NCBI GenBank assembly: GCA_963728945.1 | Contig: CAVSMA010000001.1 | Location: 837,572 to 901,571 of the forward strand | DNA from: an uncultured Actinomycetota bacterium | GTDB taxonomy: Bacteria; Actinomycetota; Actinomycetes; Mycobacteriales; CADCTP01 | DNA: 64,000 bases | Reading direction: 5' to 3' | Part shown: positions 55,988 through 64,000 of the stretch, piece after piece | Layout: each line of letters opens with the position of its first letter | How positions within the stretch are numbered: the first letter of the stretch is position 1 | Notes under the pieces: generated by a model | What the model saw: only the letters and a program-made list of their open reading frames with translations | Told to the model about the DNA's origin: nothing | The model's database searches: none | Position numbers and translations under genes: made by a program

Positions 55988-56077
55988 GGAGGCTTCGCCT
56001 AGTCCGGTCTATGGCGCCGCACTGCTAATGCGGTTTGGGTTAACTGCCCATCCCGGGTTCGAATCCCGGAGCCTCCG
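55988..56077 (+). tRNA. tRNA-Ser (anticodon GCT)
   Basis: Hand-folded. Acceptor GGAGGCT/AGCCTCC; anticodon stem CCGCA/TGCGG with loop CTGCTAA (anticodon GCT); long variable arm; T-arm CCGGGTTCGAATCCCGG. Confidence 0.9.
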
Positions 56078-56374
56078 CCCTCACCAGCACGCTGTCCCTC
56101 ACCCAAACGGAGCCGAAGAGGCGACGGAGAAGCTGCGGTTGCAGTTCTGGTTGCAGTCTCCTCGTGTCGTCGGACAAGGCCTTTCCCGATCGGCCGCACG
56201 CGACGTCGAGGAGTCAACGCCCGCCGGTCAGGCCGACGATCCATGCGGACCTTGCCCAAGCCCACCTTCAGGCGTAGGTCGACTGCCGTGTCGTCAGACG
56301 CTCACCACGCTTCATGACGAAGAGCCACCCGAGGGCGAGATATCCAGCGTAGTGTTTCCATACGCTGCAGTCTG

Positions 56375-57439
56375 ATGGCCCTGGCAACGGAGTGGCCCGT
56401 GACAACGCTACTGGTCCATCCTTCGAGCGGAAGGAACGACGGACGCATCAACGCGAAGCGGTCGCTCCACGCTCCCGTTGACTTCCTCCGGTCGGAGCTT
56501 GCGCGGACGCTCACGTCCGGCCAACTCCAGGAGCTGCGCCGTCGCCATCCCGACGGTCGGGCCCGATTCTGGGGCACCTACCAGCACAACGCGGACAAGA
56601 TCGCGAACGTACACGAGGGCGATGTGGTTCTCTTTACCGGCCAAGGCGGCGCCTGGGCCGTCGGAGTTGTCGGCTATCGTTTCGAGAACCCCGGCTTTGC
56701 AAGGAGCTTGTGGGTCGAAACCGCCGGCAAGGGAACCTATCGTCACGTGTACGCGCTCGCCCGGTACCAAGAAGTCGAGATCCCATATGCCGACATCAAC
56801 GGGCCGCTCGGACACAAGCTGAACAATCACTTCCAAGGTATGGCTGTCTACGAAGGCGAGCGAGCCGACGCCGTCATCGAAGCCCTGCGAATCGACATTA
56901 CACCGCAGGAGGATGCGGCGTATGAAGCCGCGGACGCCGACCTCGCGGTCGAACTGGAGGAAGAGCTTCAACAGACGACGCCACTGTCGCCGATCGAGGC
57001 CGTGGGAGGCACGTCGGTCATAAGGCGGGTCGATGGCGGCGACCGGGTCGTTCGACGTGGTGAGGGCCTACTTGTCGCCGCCTACGTCGCGAGCCTTCCG
57101 AGCGACGTCGAGTTTGGGCGCAACTTCACGCCTGCAGGGGTCACCGACCTCTATATACGACACCCCGACGGCGGCGAACTCATCGAGGCGAAGAGTGTAG
57201 AGACGCACCTCTACGTAAGGCAGGCACTCGCCCAGCTGCTCGACTACGCTCCCGCGATACAACCGACCCCAAGGCTCGTATCTGCTCTATTTCCTCGAAG
57301 GCCGACCCTCAGGGGAATTCGACTGCTCCATCGATACGGCATCGACTGCATCTACCGCACCGGTCCCGGACAGTACCAGAGGTTGGAAGCGCCTGCCTCC
57401 GCAAGGGAACGCCTTGGGTCCGCCCTGACAGGAAGTTAG
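56375..57439 (+). CDS. hypothetical two-domain protein: N-terminal small barrel-like domain plus C-terminal PD-(D/E)xK nuclease-like domain
   Basis: 354 aa. The C-terminal GVTDLYIRHPDGGELIEAKSVETHLYVRQALAQLLDY fits D...E-x-K...Q of restriction-endonuclease-fold proteins. The N-terminal RARFWGT...VHEGDVVLFTGQGGAWAVGVV resembles PUA/EVE/ASCH-type readers, but this is a weak assignment. GC is lower than the core genome. Confidence 0.5.
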   Translation: MALATEWPVTTLLVHPSSGRNDGRINAKRSLHAPVDFLRSELARTLTSGQLQELRRRHPDGRARFWGTYQHNADKIANVHEGDVVLFTGQGGAWAVGVVGYRFENPGFARSLWVETAGKGTYRHVYALARYQEVEIPYADINGPLGHKLNNHFQGMAVYEGERADAVIEALRIDITPQEDAAYEAADADLAVELEEELQQTTPLSPIEAVGGTSVIRRVDGGDRVVRRGEGLLVAAYVASLPSDVEFGRNFTPAGVTDLYIRHPDGGELIEAKSVETHLYVRQALAQLLDYAPAIQPTPRLVSALFPRRPTLRGIRLLHRYGIDCIYRTGPGQYQRLEAPASARERLGSALTGS

Positions 57440-57715
57440 GCCTGTCCAGTCGAGAGGAAACGACGCCAGGGAGACGGATGCCGAGTGCAGCCCGCCGGGG
57501 TGCGTCGGCGCCGCAGTGCCCCTGAGCGGCACTGGGTGCCGCGCGCCACATCACCGCATCACCTGCGGACTCGGCGCAAGTTGCGGCAGGATGTGCGGGT
57601 GCCAAGGGGTCGGTATGCATCCAGCCGTACCCGGCGACCGGTACGCAACTATCCGGCGCGCGATCCCACCCGAGGTTTGTCCGGGGTTTCCGGTGCGCAA
57701 CTGTACGTCTCGCGT

Positions 57716-58999
57716 ATGCGGAAGCCCGAGAAGAAGCAGTACGCGCAGGCCCTACTCGACTCACGTGCGAAGGGAGGACCAGCTCCGCTTAGAGCACACC
57801 GGGTCTACGAGGTCGAGGTCGAGCGCAATCTCGATAAGATCCTCGACTGGCCCTCGTCGCAGTGTGTTGCCTGCCGACGTCGGATCGCGACGACGCAGGG
57901 TCCGTCCGAGAAGGGCTCAAACGCGCCCTTGTGCAGTCCCTGTGATGCACAAGTTCCCTGCATCGACTGCGGCAAGCCGCGTGGTTCGAGCCGGCCCGCC
58001 ACTCCTCCCGACACTCGCCGAGATCCTCGAATCGACAGGCGGGCGCAGTGTGCGTCCTGTGCGGAGGCCGAAGACCTCGGAGCCACCCCGGCCACGGTCC
58101 GACGGGCACGTCTGCGTCGACGCATGAGGGCGCTCGCCGTGCGTACCTTGGGATGGGCTGCGACGATCGCCTTGGTCGCGGGCGTTGGAGTGGCGATCGC
58201 TCGACCCTGGGAGAACGACCACAGGGATGTGGCTGGGAGCCGACCCATCGGAGGCTCGACGGCCCTCGGCAGCCACAGGACCGGCGGTGGCTCCGGCGGT
58301 ACTGGGCATATAGGTGGCGGCGACAGCGGCGCCGGCTCGGGTACGACCAGCGGGTCCGGAGGTACGTCGTACGGGCCCGGACTCGTGCCGACCTTCCGAT
58401 GCCGGGACGGCTCGCTGAGTTACGCCCAACACAGCCAAGGAGCGTGCTCCCACCACGGTGGAATCGGAGGTCCGGCGAGCGCAGCCGTACCCACGTCGAC
58501 CTACGCCTCGCCCGAGACGTCCGATCCCTCTTCGGGGGATATTGGCCTCGACTTCTGCGACGACTCTGTGGACGTATGCCTCGATCAGCCCGGACTTGAC
58601 GAGGTACCGCGAGCTCGGGCCGCCGCCGAAGTCCTGCACAGCTACTACGCCGCCCTGAACAAGCGTGACTACTCGTTCGCATACTCGCTGCTTAACGAGC
58701 AACGACGGCGTCAGATCACCGAGCAGGACTGGTCGGCGTCTCAGGTGGGATTGACCTACTCGCACGTCCACATCCTGGAGTTCAGGACCGCAGGCTCGGC
58801 GGCTGTGGTGTCGCTGTCGTATCTGTCGAATCTGTCGAGCGCCGATATGCCAGCGGACACCTGTTGGGCGTGGACACTGACCCGGGACATCACCAGCGAG
58901 AGCGATTCTCCGCGGATCGGGCCGCCGATCGAAGTCAAGAAGGTCGCATGCACCGCAGCCCAGGAAGCACTCAGTCTTCAGTCTCTCGGCTCCCCTTGA
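57716..58999 (+). CDS. membrane-anchored protein with Cys-rich (Zn-ribbon-like) N-terminus, Gly-rich linker and DUF3761 domain
   Basis: ATG at 57716. CVACRR...CSPCD...CIDCG...CASC cysteine pairs. TM helix WAATIALVAGVGVAIA. CRDGSLSYAQHSQGACSHHGG matches the DUF3761 motif. Confidence 0.6.
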   Translation: MRKPEKKQYAQALLDSRAKGGPAPLRAHRVYEVEVERNLDKILDWPSSQCVACRRRIATTQGPSEKGSNAPLCSPCDAQVPCIDCGKPRGSSRPATPPDTRRDPRIDRRAQCASCAEAEDLGATPATVRRARLRRRMRALAVRTLGWAATIALVAGVGVAIARPWENDHRDVAGSRPIGGSTALGSHRTGGGSGGTGHIGGGDSGAGSGTTSGSGGTSYGPGLVPTFRCRDGSLSYAQHSQGACSHHGGIGGPASAAVPTSTYASPETSDPSSGDIGLDFCDDSVDVCLDQPGLDEVPRARAAAEVLHSYYAALNKRDYSFAYSLLNEQRRRQITEQDWSASQVGLTYSHVHILEFRTAGSAAVVSLSYLSNLSSADMPADTCWAWTLTRDITSESDSPRIGPPIEVKKVACTAAQEALSLQSLGSP

Positions 59000-61325
59000 C
59001 GTAGGTGTGAAGAATTCCTTTTGCCGGCGTCCGGACGCTCCCAGACCTCGTGGCCGTACGCCTTGAGCCGCTGCCGAGCTGTTTCCAGCTCGTCTTCAGT
59101 AAAGAGGACAGGGAACGGCTCTCGCAGAACAAGCGCCTCCATCGTGAGGTCCAGGCGGCCCCGTTCCCACAGCGCGGTGAATCCCTGCGAGACCGCGGGC
59201 GCGTGCAACAGTTGCCTCGCCGCCGCTAGGCCGCCATGGTCTGTAACCATTCGCAAGAACAGCGTCGCATTGTACCCAGCCTCACTCCTTGCCTTCCTGT
59301 ATACGTCCACCATGGCTGCGTGAAAGGCTCGCTCGATGTCAATATCGACTGAGTCAGGTGGGTGGTGAAGAGCGCGCTTGGAGGTTGCAGCCGCTGTCGG
59401 CCTCTCCGACGCGTCATCTCCAGGTTCGCCAGCGAGCGACTCGGCTGGGGAGACTGCGTCGCTCTCCGGCGATCCTGCATCATCATTCGTATCTGCGTCC
59501 GCGTCGGTCAATTCATCGTCCTCGGGAACGTAAGAGGACGGCGTGTCCGGGTCCGGGTCGAAGAGCGGCTTGTCCATAACCTTGCCAATTAAATGAAGCA
59601 TACGCGAGCGACGATCCGAAAAGAACGAGTCGAAATCTGCCCTGCGTAGGGCCGATGGGTCCAGTAGATGTGTGCTGAGCACCGCGTCGAGCTCGGCGCC
59701 GGACAAACCTGATGTCGACTCGACCGTCCGGACATACTCTCGGGGCGACCGGCCCCCAATCTTTCGGTTGGTCGTGGCTGAGAGTGGAGTCTTGTTCACT
59801 ATGCTCTCGCACCGGGCGTGGTCTATCCCGTTCTTCTGGCACCATGCCTTCGGAAAGATGTGGTGGATATCTACAGCTAGGTCCAGGAATGAAGCGAGAT
59901 GGATCGGCTGCCGGTAACCCAATCCATGCAGCCTTCGCGCATGAGCAGCGCATAGATCCCCTTGTAAGCGGCGCTGTTCCGTGTGCGCAAGGTGAGCAAT
60001 CGTGAGGCCTGGAAGTTTGCCTCGGCTGCCGTCGCTGGCTCCGGTTCCCCGTCGCGAATCCAAGGAACCACTTGTTCCAGGTCGCGCGCGAAGCGGGTCT
60101 CCGTGGTCCCCCCGTAGAGCTCACCCAAGACACCTCGCCAGTACCAGATCTGCACTTCCGCGCCGCCGCATGCTCGTCAGCTCTGGAGCCAAGGGTGGCT
60201 CGGATTGCGGCGAGCGGAACGAGCTGCGTCTGGTATGGCAGGTCAGAGGCGAGGAAGATGTGTTCTTGCGCCAGAAAGCCGGCTGCCCAGAGCAGCGCGG
60301 CCTCCACCTTGGTGCCTGTTCGATGTACTCGGCGAGTGTTAGTCGAAGAATATCCTTTCGCTTGCAAGTGATGCCCGGTGCCTGACTAGGGTCCTTGCCC
60401 GCGGCCAGGCGTTGCTCACGTCGTGCTCGTGAAGCGAGGAGAGTGACCGCTTGCAGGAAGTCCGTGTTCTCCACTGCTCGAAGTACGGGCTTGGCGGCGA
60501 GCCGCGCCTTCCGCGCCTTCCAGTCATCATTGAGGCGGAAGTCCTTGTGCGTCTTGTCGCCTGCGAAGGTCGCGGTCAACAACTCGAAGACGTTGAGGGC
60601 AACGCCTCCGGTATTGACCTTCTCGAAGACGGTACAAACGGCCTCTTTTGGGGTCGACTTCTTCAGCACAATGACCGGCAGGGTGTAACTAATTATGTTG
60701 TTGAGGACCTTGTCGTAGAAGCTGTTCCATAGGTCGATTCTATGTGGATCGTGTGCCGTGTACTGTCCCATCCAATGGAAGATCTTCGGCATGTCGAAGG
60801 CAAGCCAAAGAGGAAATACACCGGAGGCACATTGCTTCTCGGTAGTGGAATAGTCTTCTTTGATGCCCCGACCGAAATCCTCACGCAGAACCAGGTCTCG
60901 GGGTGCCGAAACGATAGCTTCCTCGCGGTCACCCTCGTCACCCAAGGCGCGCTCGATGTCAATCAGATACCATCGTTCCAGCTTCTTGCCACGGGGATCC
61001 GTCGTCGATACAGACTTCTGGGACTTGAGCGCTTGGTAGAGTGACGTCAGCCGCTGCTGGCCATCAAGTAAGGAGATGGTCGGGTCGAGACCGTCGAGGG
61101 GCCGACTCCGGCCAGCGGCTTGGGCGCGAAGTCGAAGTCCTCTCCACCGGTCTCGAGCATCATGATGACGCCGACGGGATAGCCGAGCGTGATGGTGGCT
61201 AGAAGGCTAACGATTCGGGGATCGTCCCATTTCCACTCCCGTTGAAAATCCGGAAGTTGAACCTTGCCCATGTCGACGTCGGTCAACATCGTGCCGAGGT
61301 TCAGGTCAGGACTGTCGAAGGGCAC
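58978..61325 (-). pseudogene. GmrSD-family type IV restriction enzyme (DUF262 + DUF1524 His-Me finger), disrupted by at least 4 frameshifts
   Basis: Five consecutive reading-frame segments join into about 780 aa. QLPDFQREWKWDDPRIVSLL (61325-~61105); LLDGQQRLTSLYQAL...FEKVNTGGVALNVFELL (~61105-~60312); VEAALLWAAGFLAQEHIF (~60312-~60157); QIWYWRGVLGELYGG (~60157-~59912); DIHHIFPKAWC...NKTPLSATTNRKIG (~59912-58978). Confidence 0.78.
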
Positions 61326-61600
61326 GAGTTCTCCCTGCCGTGAGGGTCCGCCGAGGCTGTCGAGTTCGATCTAGTGCTGTGGTCGTGTCGTACGCAGGGC
61401 ATGCGTAGAGTGGCTAACCGTAACTAACGGACGGTGCGATCGCAGCCAAATGACGCGTAGGAGCCCAGGTCACCCGACCGGTGCCGCTTCGCGGAGACTT
61501 TGCGTGACTGCCTCCGCGGGCGGGACGAGTTTGACAGGATCGGCTGTCGCGTCAGACCTGGTGCTGCCGCGCGTCGGATCGATGAGGGGGTAGCGCAAGG

Positions 61601-64000
61601 ATGCGTGCGGACAGCGACCGGTGGGTCGAGGTCACGCCGTCCGAGTTCGCACACGAGCGTGCGGGGCTTGCTCTCGTCCGTGAGCTGCTGCCTGACCGTG
61701 CGCCGTACCGAGCCTGGTCCAACTTCGAGTTCCGGGATACTTCAGGCAAATGGCACGAGGTCGACCTGCTCGTGCTGGGGGAGTCCCGACTGCATCTGGT
61801 CGAGCTGAAGTCGTACGCGGGCCGGATCGAGGGTGACGCTTACCGGTGGCGGCGCGGTCGACGGTCTGAGGACTCGCCGCTGCTGCTTACCCGGAGAAAG
61901 GCCCAGCGGCTGTCCAGCGTGCTCAAGGATGCGCTGCGGGAGATCGATCCGACGGTCAGCACGCGGGTGATTCCCTGGGTCCAGGAGTGCGTCTTCCTGC
62001 ACCACCCGGACACCAGAGTGGCGTTGCCACCGGCTCACCTGACCGACCTCTACGGCATTGACGGGCAGGAGCGCCGGTCGGGCCTTCCCTCGATCCGGGA
62101 CCGGCTGCTGGAGCCGGCGACGGACCGGCTCGCGCCGCGACTGATGCAGAACGACGGCCAGCTCCTAGTCGCGCTATTCCGCCGGATCGGCCTGGCTCAG
62201 CGGCGCGAACAGGAGGTCGGTTCCTGGCGGATCATCGGGCCGGCGGAGGCAGAGGGCGACGGCTGGCAGGACTGGCCGGCCGAGCAGCGGATCGCCCGGG
62301 ACCCAGTCCGGATCCGGTTCACGGTGACGCCGCCTGGCACGTCCCGCGAGGACGCTGACCGCAGCCGGGAGCTAGTCGAGCGGGAGTACCGGCTGACCTC
62401 TCGCCTGTCGCACGACGGCCTGCTCCGGCCGCGCGATCTTGTCGAGCACGAGCTCGGTGTCGGCCTGGTCTACGAGCGGGACGACTCCTTCCGACGGCTC
62501 GACTTGTGGCTGAGCGACCGCAGCGATGCCTTGACGCTCCCAGTCCGGCTCCAGCTCGTCCGCCGGGTGGCGGAGGCGCTCGGCTACGCCCATGCGAATC
62601 ACGTGGTCCACCGGGGGTTGACTCCGACCGCGGTCCAAGTCAAGGAAGAAGCGAACGGGCGTGTCCGGGCACTCCTCGGTGACTGGCGGCTCGTGGGCAG
62701 CGACGTGCCGGGCACTCGCTCGACTGGCGGCGCCACCAGACTGTTCGCGGCGTTGGAGGGACCGCAACGGCCCGACCCCGAAGCGGTGAGAGCCGAGGTG
62801 TACCGGGCGCCGGAGGAACGCTGGGACCCCGCTGCCGACCGGGTTCGGCTTGACGTCTTCTCCCTCGGTGCACTGGCCTACTTCGTCATCTCGGGCCGGC
62901 CGCCCGCGTCGGACCAGGCGGACCTGCGTAGCCGGCTGGCCCGCGAGGGCGGACTCGACCTGGCCGGCGATGCCCCGGACGCGCCGTACGCGGTACGGCG
63001 GCTGGTGCTCGAGGCCACCCGAGGTGTGGTCAGTGAGCGACTGCCGGACGTCGCCGCGTTCCTGCACCGGCTGGACGACGCCGAGCGGGCCGCTGACCCC
63101 GAGCCGGCGGACGACGACGACCCGCTGGAAGCGGTCAAGGGCCGGCTGCTCGCCGGCCGGTTCGAGATGCTCGGCCGGTTGGGTACCGGCTCGACCGCCG
63201 CCGGCCTGCTCGTCGCGGACCATCGCGCTGACGGCGAGAAGCGAGTGCTCAAGGTGGCGCTCGACGACGCGGCTGCCCGCCGGCTGGAGAGCGAGGCCGA
63301 GGTGCTGGCGCCGCTGCGGCACCCCCGGCTGGTGCGGTTGATCGAGGGACCGCTGTGGATCGGCGGCCGTACGGCGCTCCTGCTCGAGCAGGCCGGCGAT
63401 CAGACTCTCGCCGACGTCCTCCGGGAGCGGCCACGGCTGTCGCTTGACCTGCTGGAGCGCTGGGGTGTCGACCTGCTCGAGGCGGTGGTCGAGCTGGACC
63501 GGGCCGGCGTGGATCACCGGGACCTCAAGCCGGCGAATTTGGGCGTGCGGGAGCAGCGAGGCAATCGGACGAAGCATCTGGTGCTCTTCGACTTCTCGTT
63601 GGCCCGGGCCGGCGCGTCCGCGGTGGACGCTGGCACGCCGCCGTATCTGGATCCGTTCATCGGGACCTCCGAGCGCCCCCGGTGGGACTCCGCGGCCGAG
63701 CGGTACGCGGCGGCGGTGACGCTGTACGAGATGGCGACCGGCCGGATGCCGGTGTACGGCGATGGTCGGACCCCTCCGGACATGACCCGGGCGGAGGCGC
63801 GGGTGGAGCCGGGCGCGTTCGATCCGAGTGTGGCCGGCGCTCTGAGCGCCTTCTTCCGCCGTGCGCTCCGGCAGGACTTTCGGGAGCGGCACGGGACCGC
63901 AGCCGACATGCTCGCCGAATGGCGCGCCGCCTTCAGCGCGCCGATCGCCACGGTTCCGGACGATGCCGACTCCCGGGCGGCGGCGGCCACTCTGACGACG
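61601..64000 (+). CDS. pglW: NERD domain + degenerate kinase + Ser/Thr kinase protein, PglW-like (BREX type 2 / Pgl); 3' end outside the window
   Basis: Absent from the ORF track (no stop before the window end). Hand translation from ATG 61601 is open for 800 codons. NERD: WHEVDLLVLGESRLHLVELKSYAG. Kinase-like 1: VVHRGLTPTAV, YRAPEE, DVFSLGALAY (no catalytic Asp). Kinase 2: LGTGSTA..RVLKVA, VDHRDLKPANLG, LFDFSLA, GTPPYLDPF. Confidence 0.7.
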   Translation, partial: MRADSDRWVEVTPSEFAHERAGLALVRELLPDRAPYRAWSNFEFRDTSGKWHEVDLLVLGESRLHLVELKSYAGRIEGDAYRWRRGRRSEDSPLLLTRRKAQRLSSVLKDALREIDPTVSTRVIPWVQECVFLHHPDTRVALPPAHLTDLYGIDGQERRSGLPSIRDRLLEPATDRLAPRLMQNDGQLLVALFRRIGLAQRREQEVGSWRIIGPAEAEGDGWQDWPAEQRIARDPVRIRFTVTPPGTSREDADRSRELVEREYRLTSRLSHDGLLRPRDLVEHELGVGLVYERDDSFRRLDLWLSDRSDALTLPVRLQLVRRVAEALGYAHANHVVHRGLTPTAVQVKEEANGRVRALLGDWRLVGSDVPGTRSTGGATRLFAALEGPQRPDPEAVRAEVYRAPEERWDPAADRVRLDVFSLGALAYFVISGRPPASDQADLRSRLAREGGLDLAGDAPDAPYAVRRLVLEATRGVVSERLPDVAAFLHRLDDAERAADPEPADDDDPLEAVKGRLLAGRFEMLGRLGTGSTAAGLLVADHRADGEKRVLKVALDDAAARRLESEAEVLAPLRHPRLVRLIEGPLWIGGRTALLLEQAGDQTLADVLRERPRLSLDLLERWGVDLLEAVVELDRAGVDHRDLKPANLGVREQRGNRTKHLVLFDFSLARAGASAVDAGTPPYLDPFIGTSERPRWDSAAERYAAAVTLYEMATGRMPVYGDGRTPPDMTRAEARVEPGAFDPSVAGALSAFFRRALRQDFRERHGTAADMLAEWRAAFSAPIATVPDDADSRAAAATLTT

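Noticed and set aside
56078-56374. Possible integrase remnant or att site next to tRNA-Ser(GCT)
   Set aside because: I translated all six frames by hand and found no integrase-like motifs (no R..HxxR..Y region and no LRW.D-type N-terminal block). No duplicate of the tRNA 3' end was seen in 56.1-64.0 kb, so no mobile-element call is made.
62372-63892. 506-aa (-) ORF and other short ORFs across 62.3-64.0 kb
   Set aside because: Antisense or off-frame to the hand-translated NERD-kinase frame, which carries unambiguous kinase motifs.
1-64000. CRISPR arrays, rRNA genes, IS elements and prophage structural genes
   Set aside because: I saw no regularly spaced direct repeats, no rRNA-like conserved stretches, and no transposase or phage-capsid/terminase-like translations on either strand.

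Overview
The window is a high-GC chromosomal segment, most likely from a proteasome-bearing Actinomycetota genome (it encodes the proteasome activator Bpa with its C-terminal GQYL motif). I did not compute GC values. Gene density is high: I support about 60 CDS, 2 tRNA-Ser genes, 1 yybP-ykoY-type Mn riboswitch, several long perfect stem-loops that look like terminators, 1 in-frame tandem repeat and 1 heavily frameshifted pseudogene. I found no rRNA, CRISPR array, transposase or integrase.

Bases 1-39,800 are mostly housekeeping and accessory metabolism:
- pheA tail, serS and bpa.
- A DUF1800/DUF1501 pair.
- An Atu/Liu-like acyl-CoA carboxylase operon under a TetR regulator.
- A two-component system divergent from an FtsH paralog, followed by a LolA-like protein and an ABC-2 exporter.
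- An MFS exporter, an M1 peptidase and a large LuxR (LAL) regulator.

Two places deserve attention.
1. At 44,265-48,034, a STAND-like P-loop NTPase is translationally coupled to an FRG-domain protein, and both are divergent from an uncharacterised membrane-anchored protein. I cannot assign this trio to any named system, and it has the gene grammar of a conflict or defence module.
2. Everything downstream of tRNA-Ser(GCT) (55,988-56,077) has visibly lower GC and reads as a defence island. It holds a composite barrel-like/PD-(D/E)xK nuclease candidate, a Zn-ribbon/TM/DUF3761 protein, and a GmrSD-type (DUF262 + His-Me finger) type IV restriction gene broken by at least 4 frameshifts. It also holds a NERD + pseudokinase + kinase ORF (PglW-like, BREX type 2/Pgl) that is absent from the supplied ORF track because it runs off the window end without a stop.

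Many very long ORFs in the track are Arg/Pro/Gly-rich antisense or off-frame shadows typical of high-GC DNA, and I rejected them.
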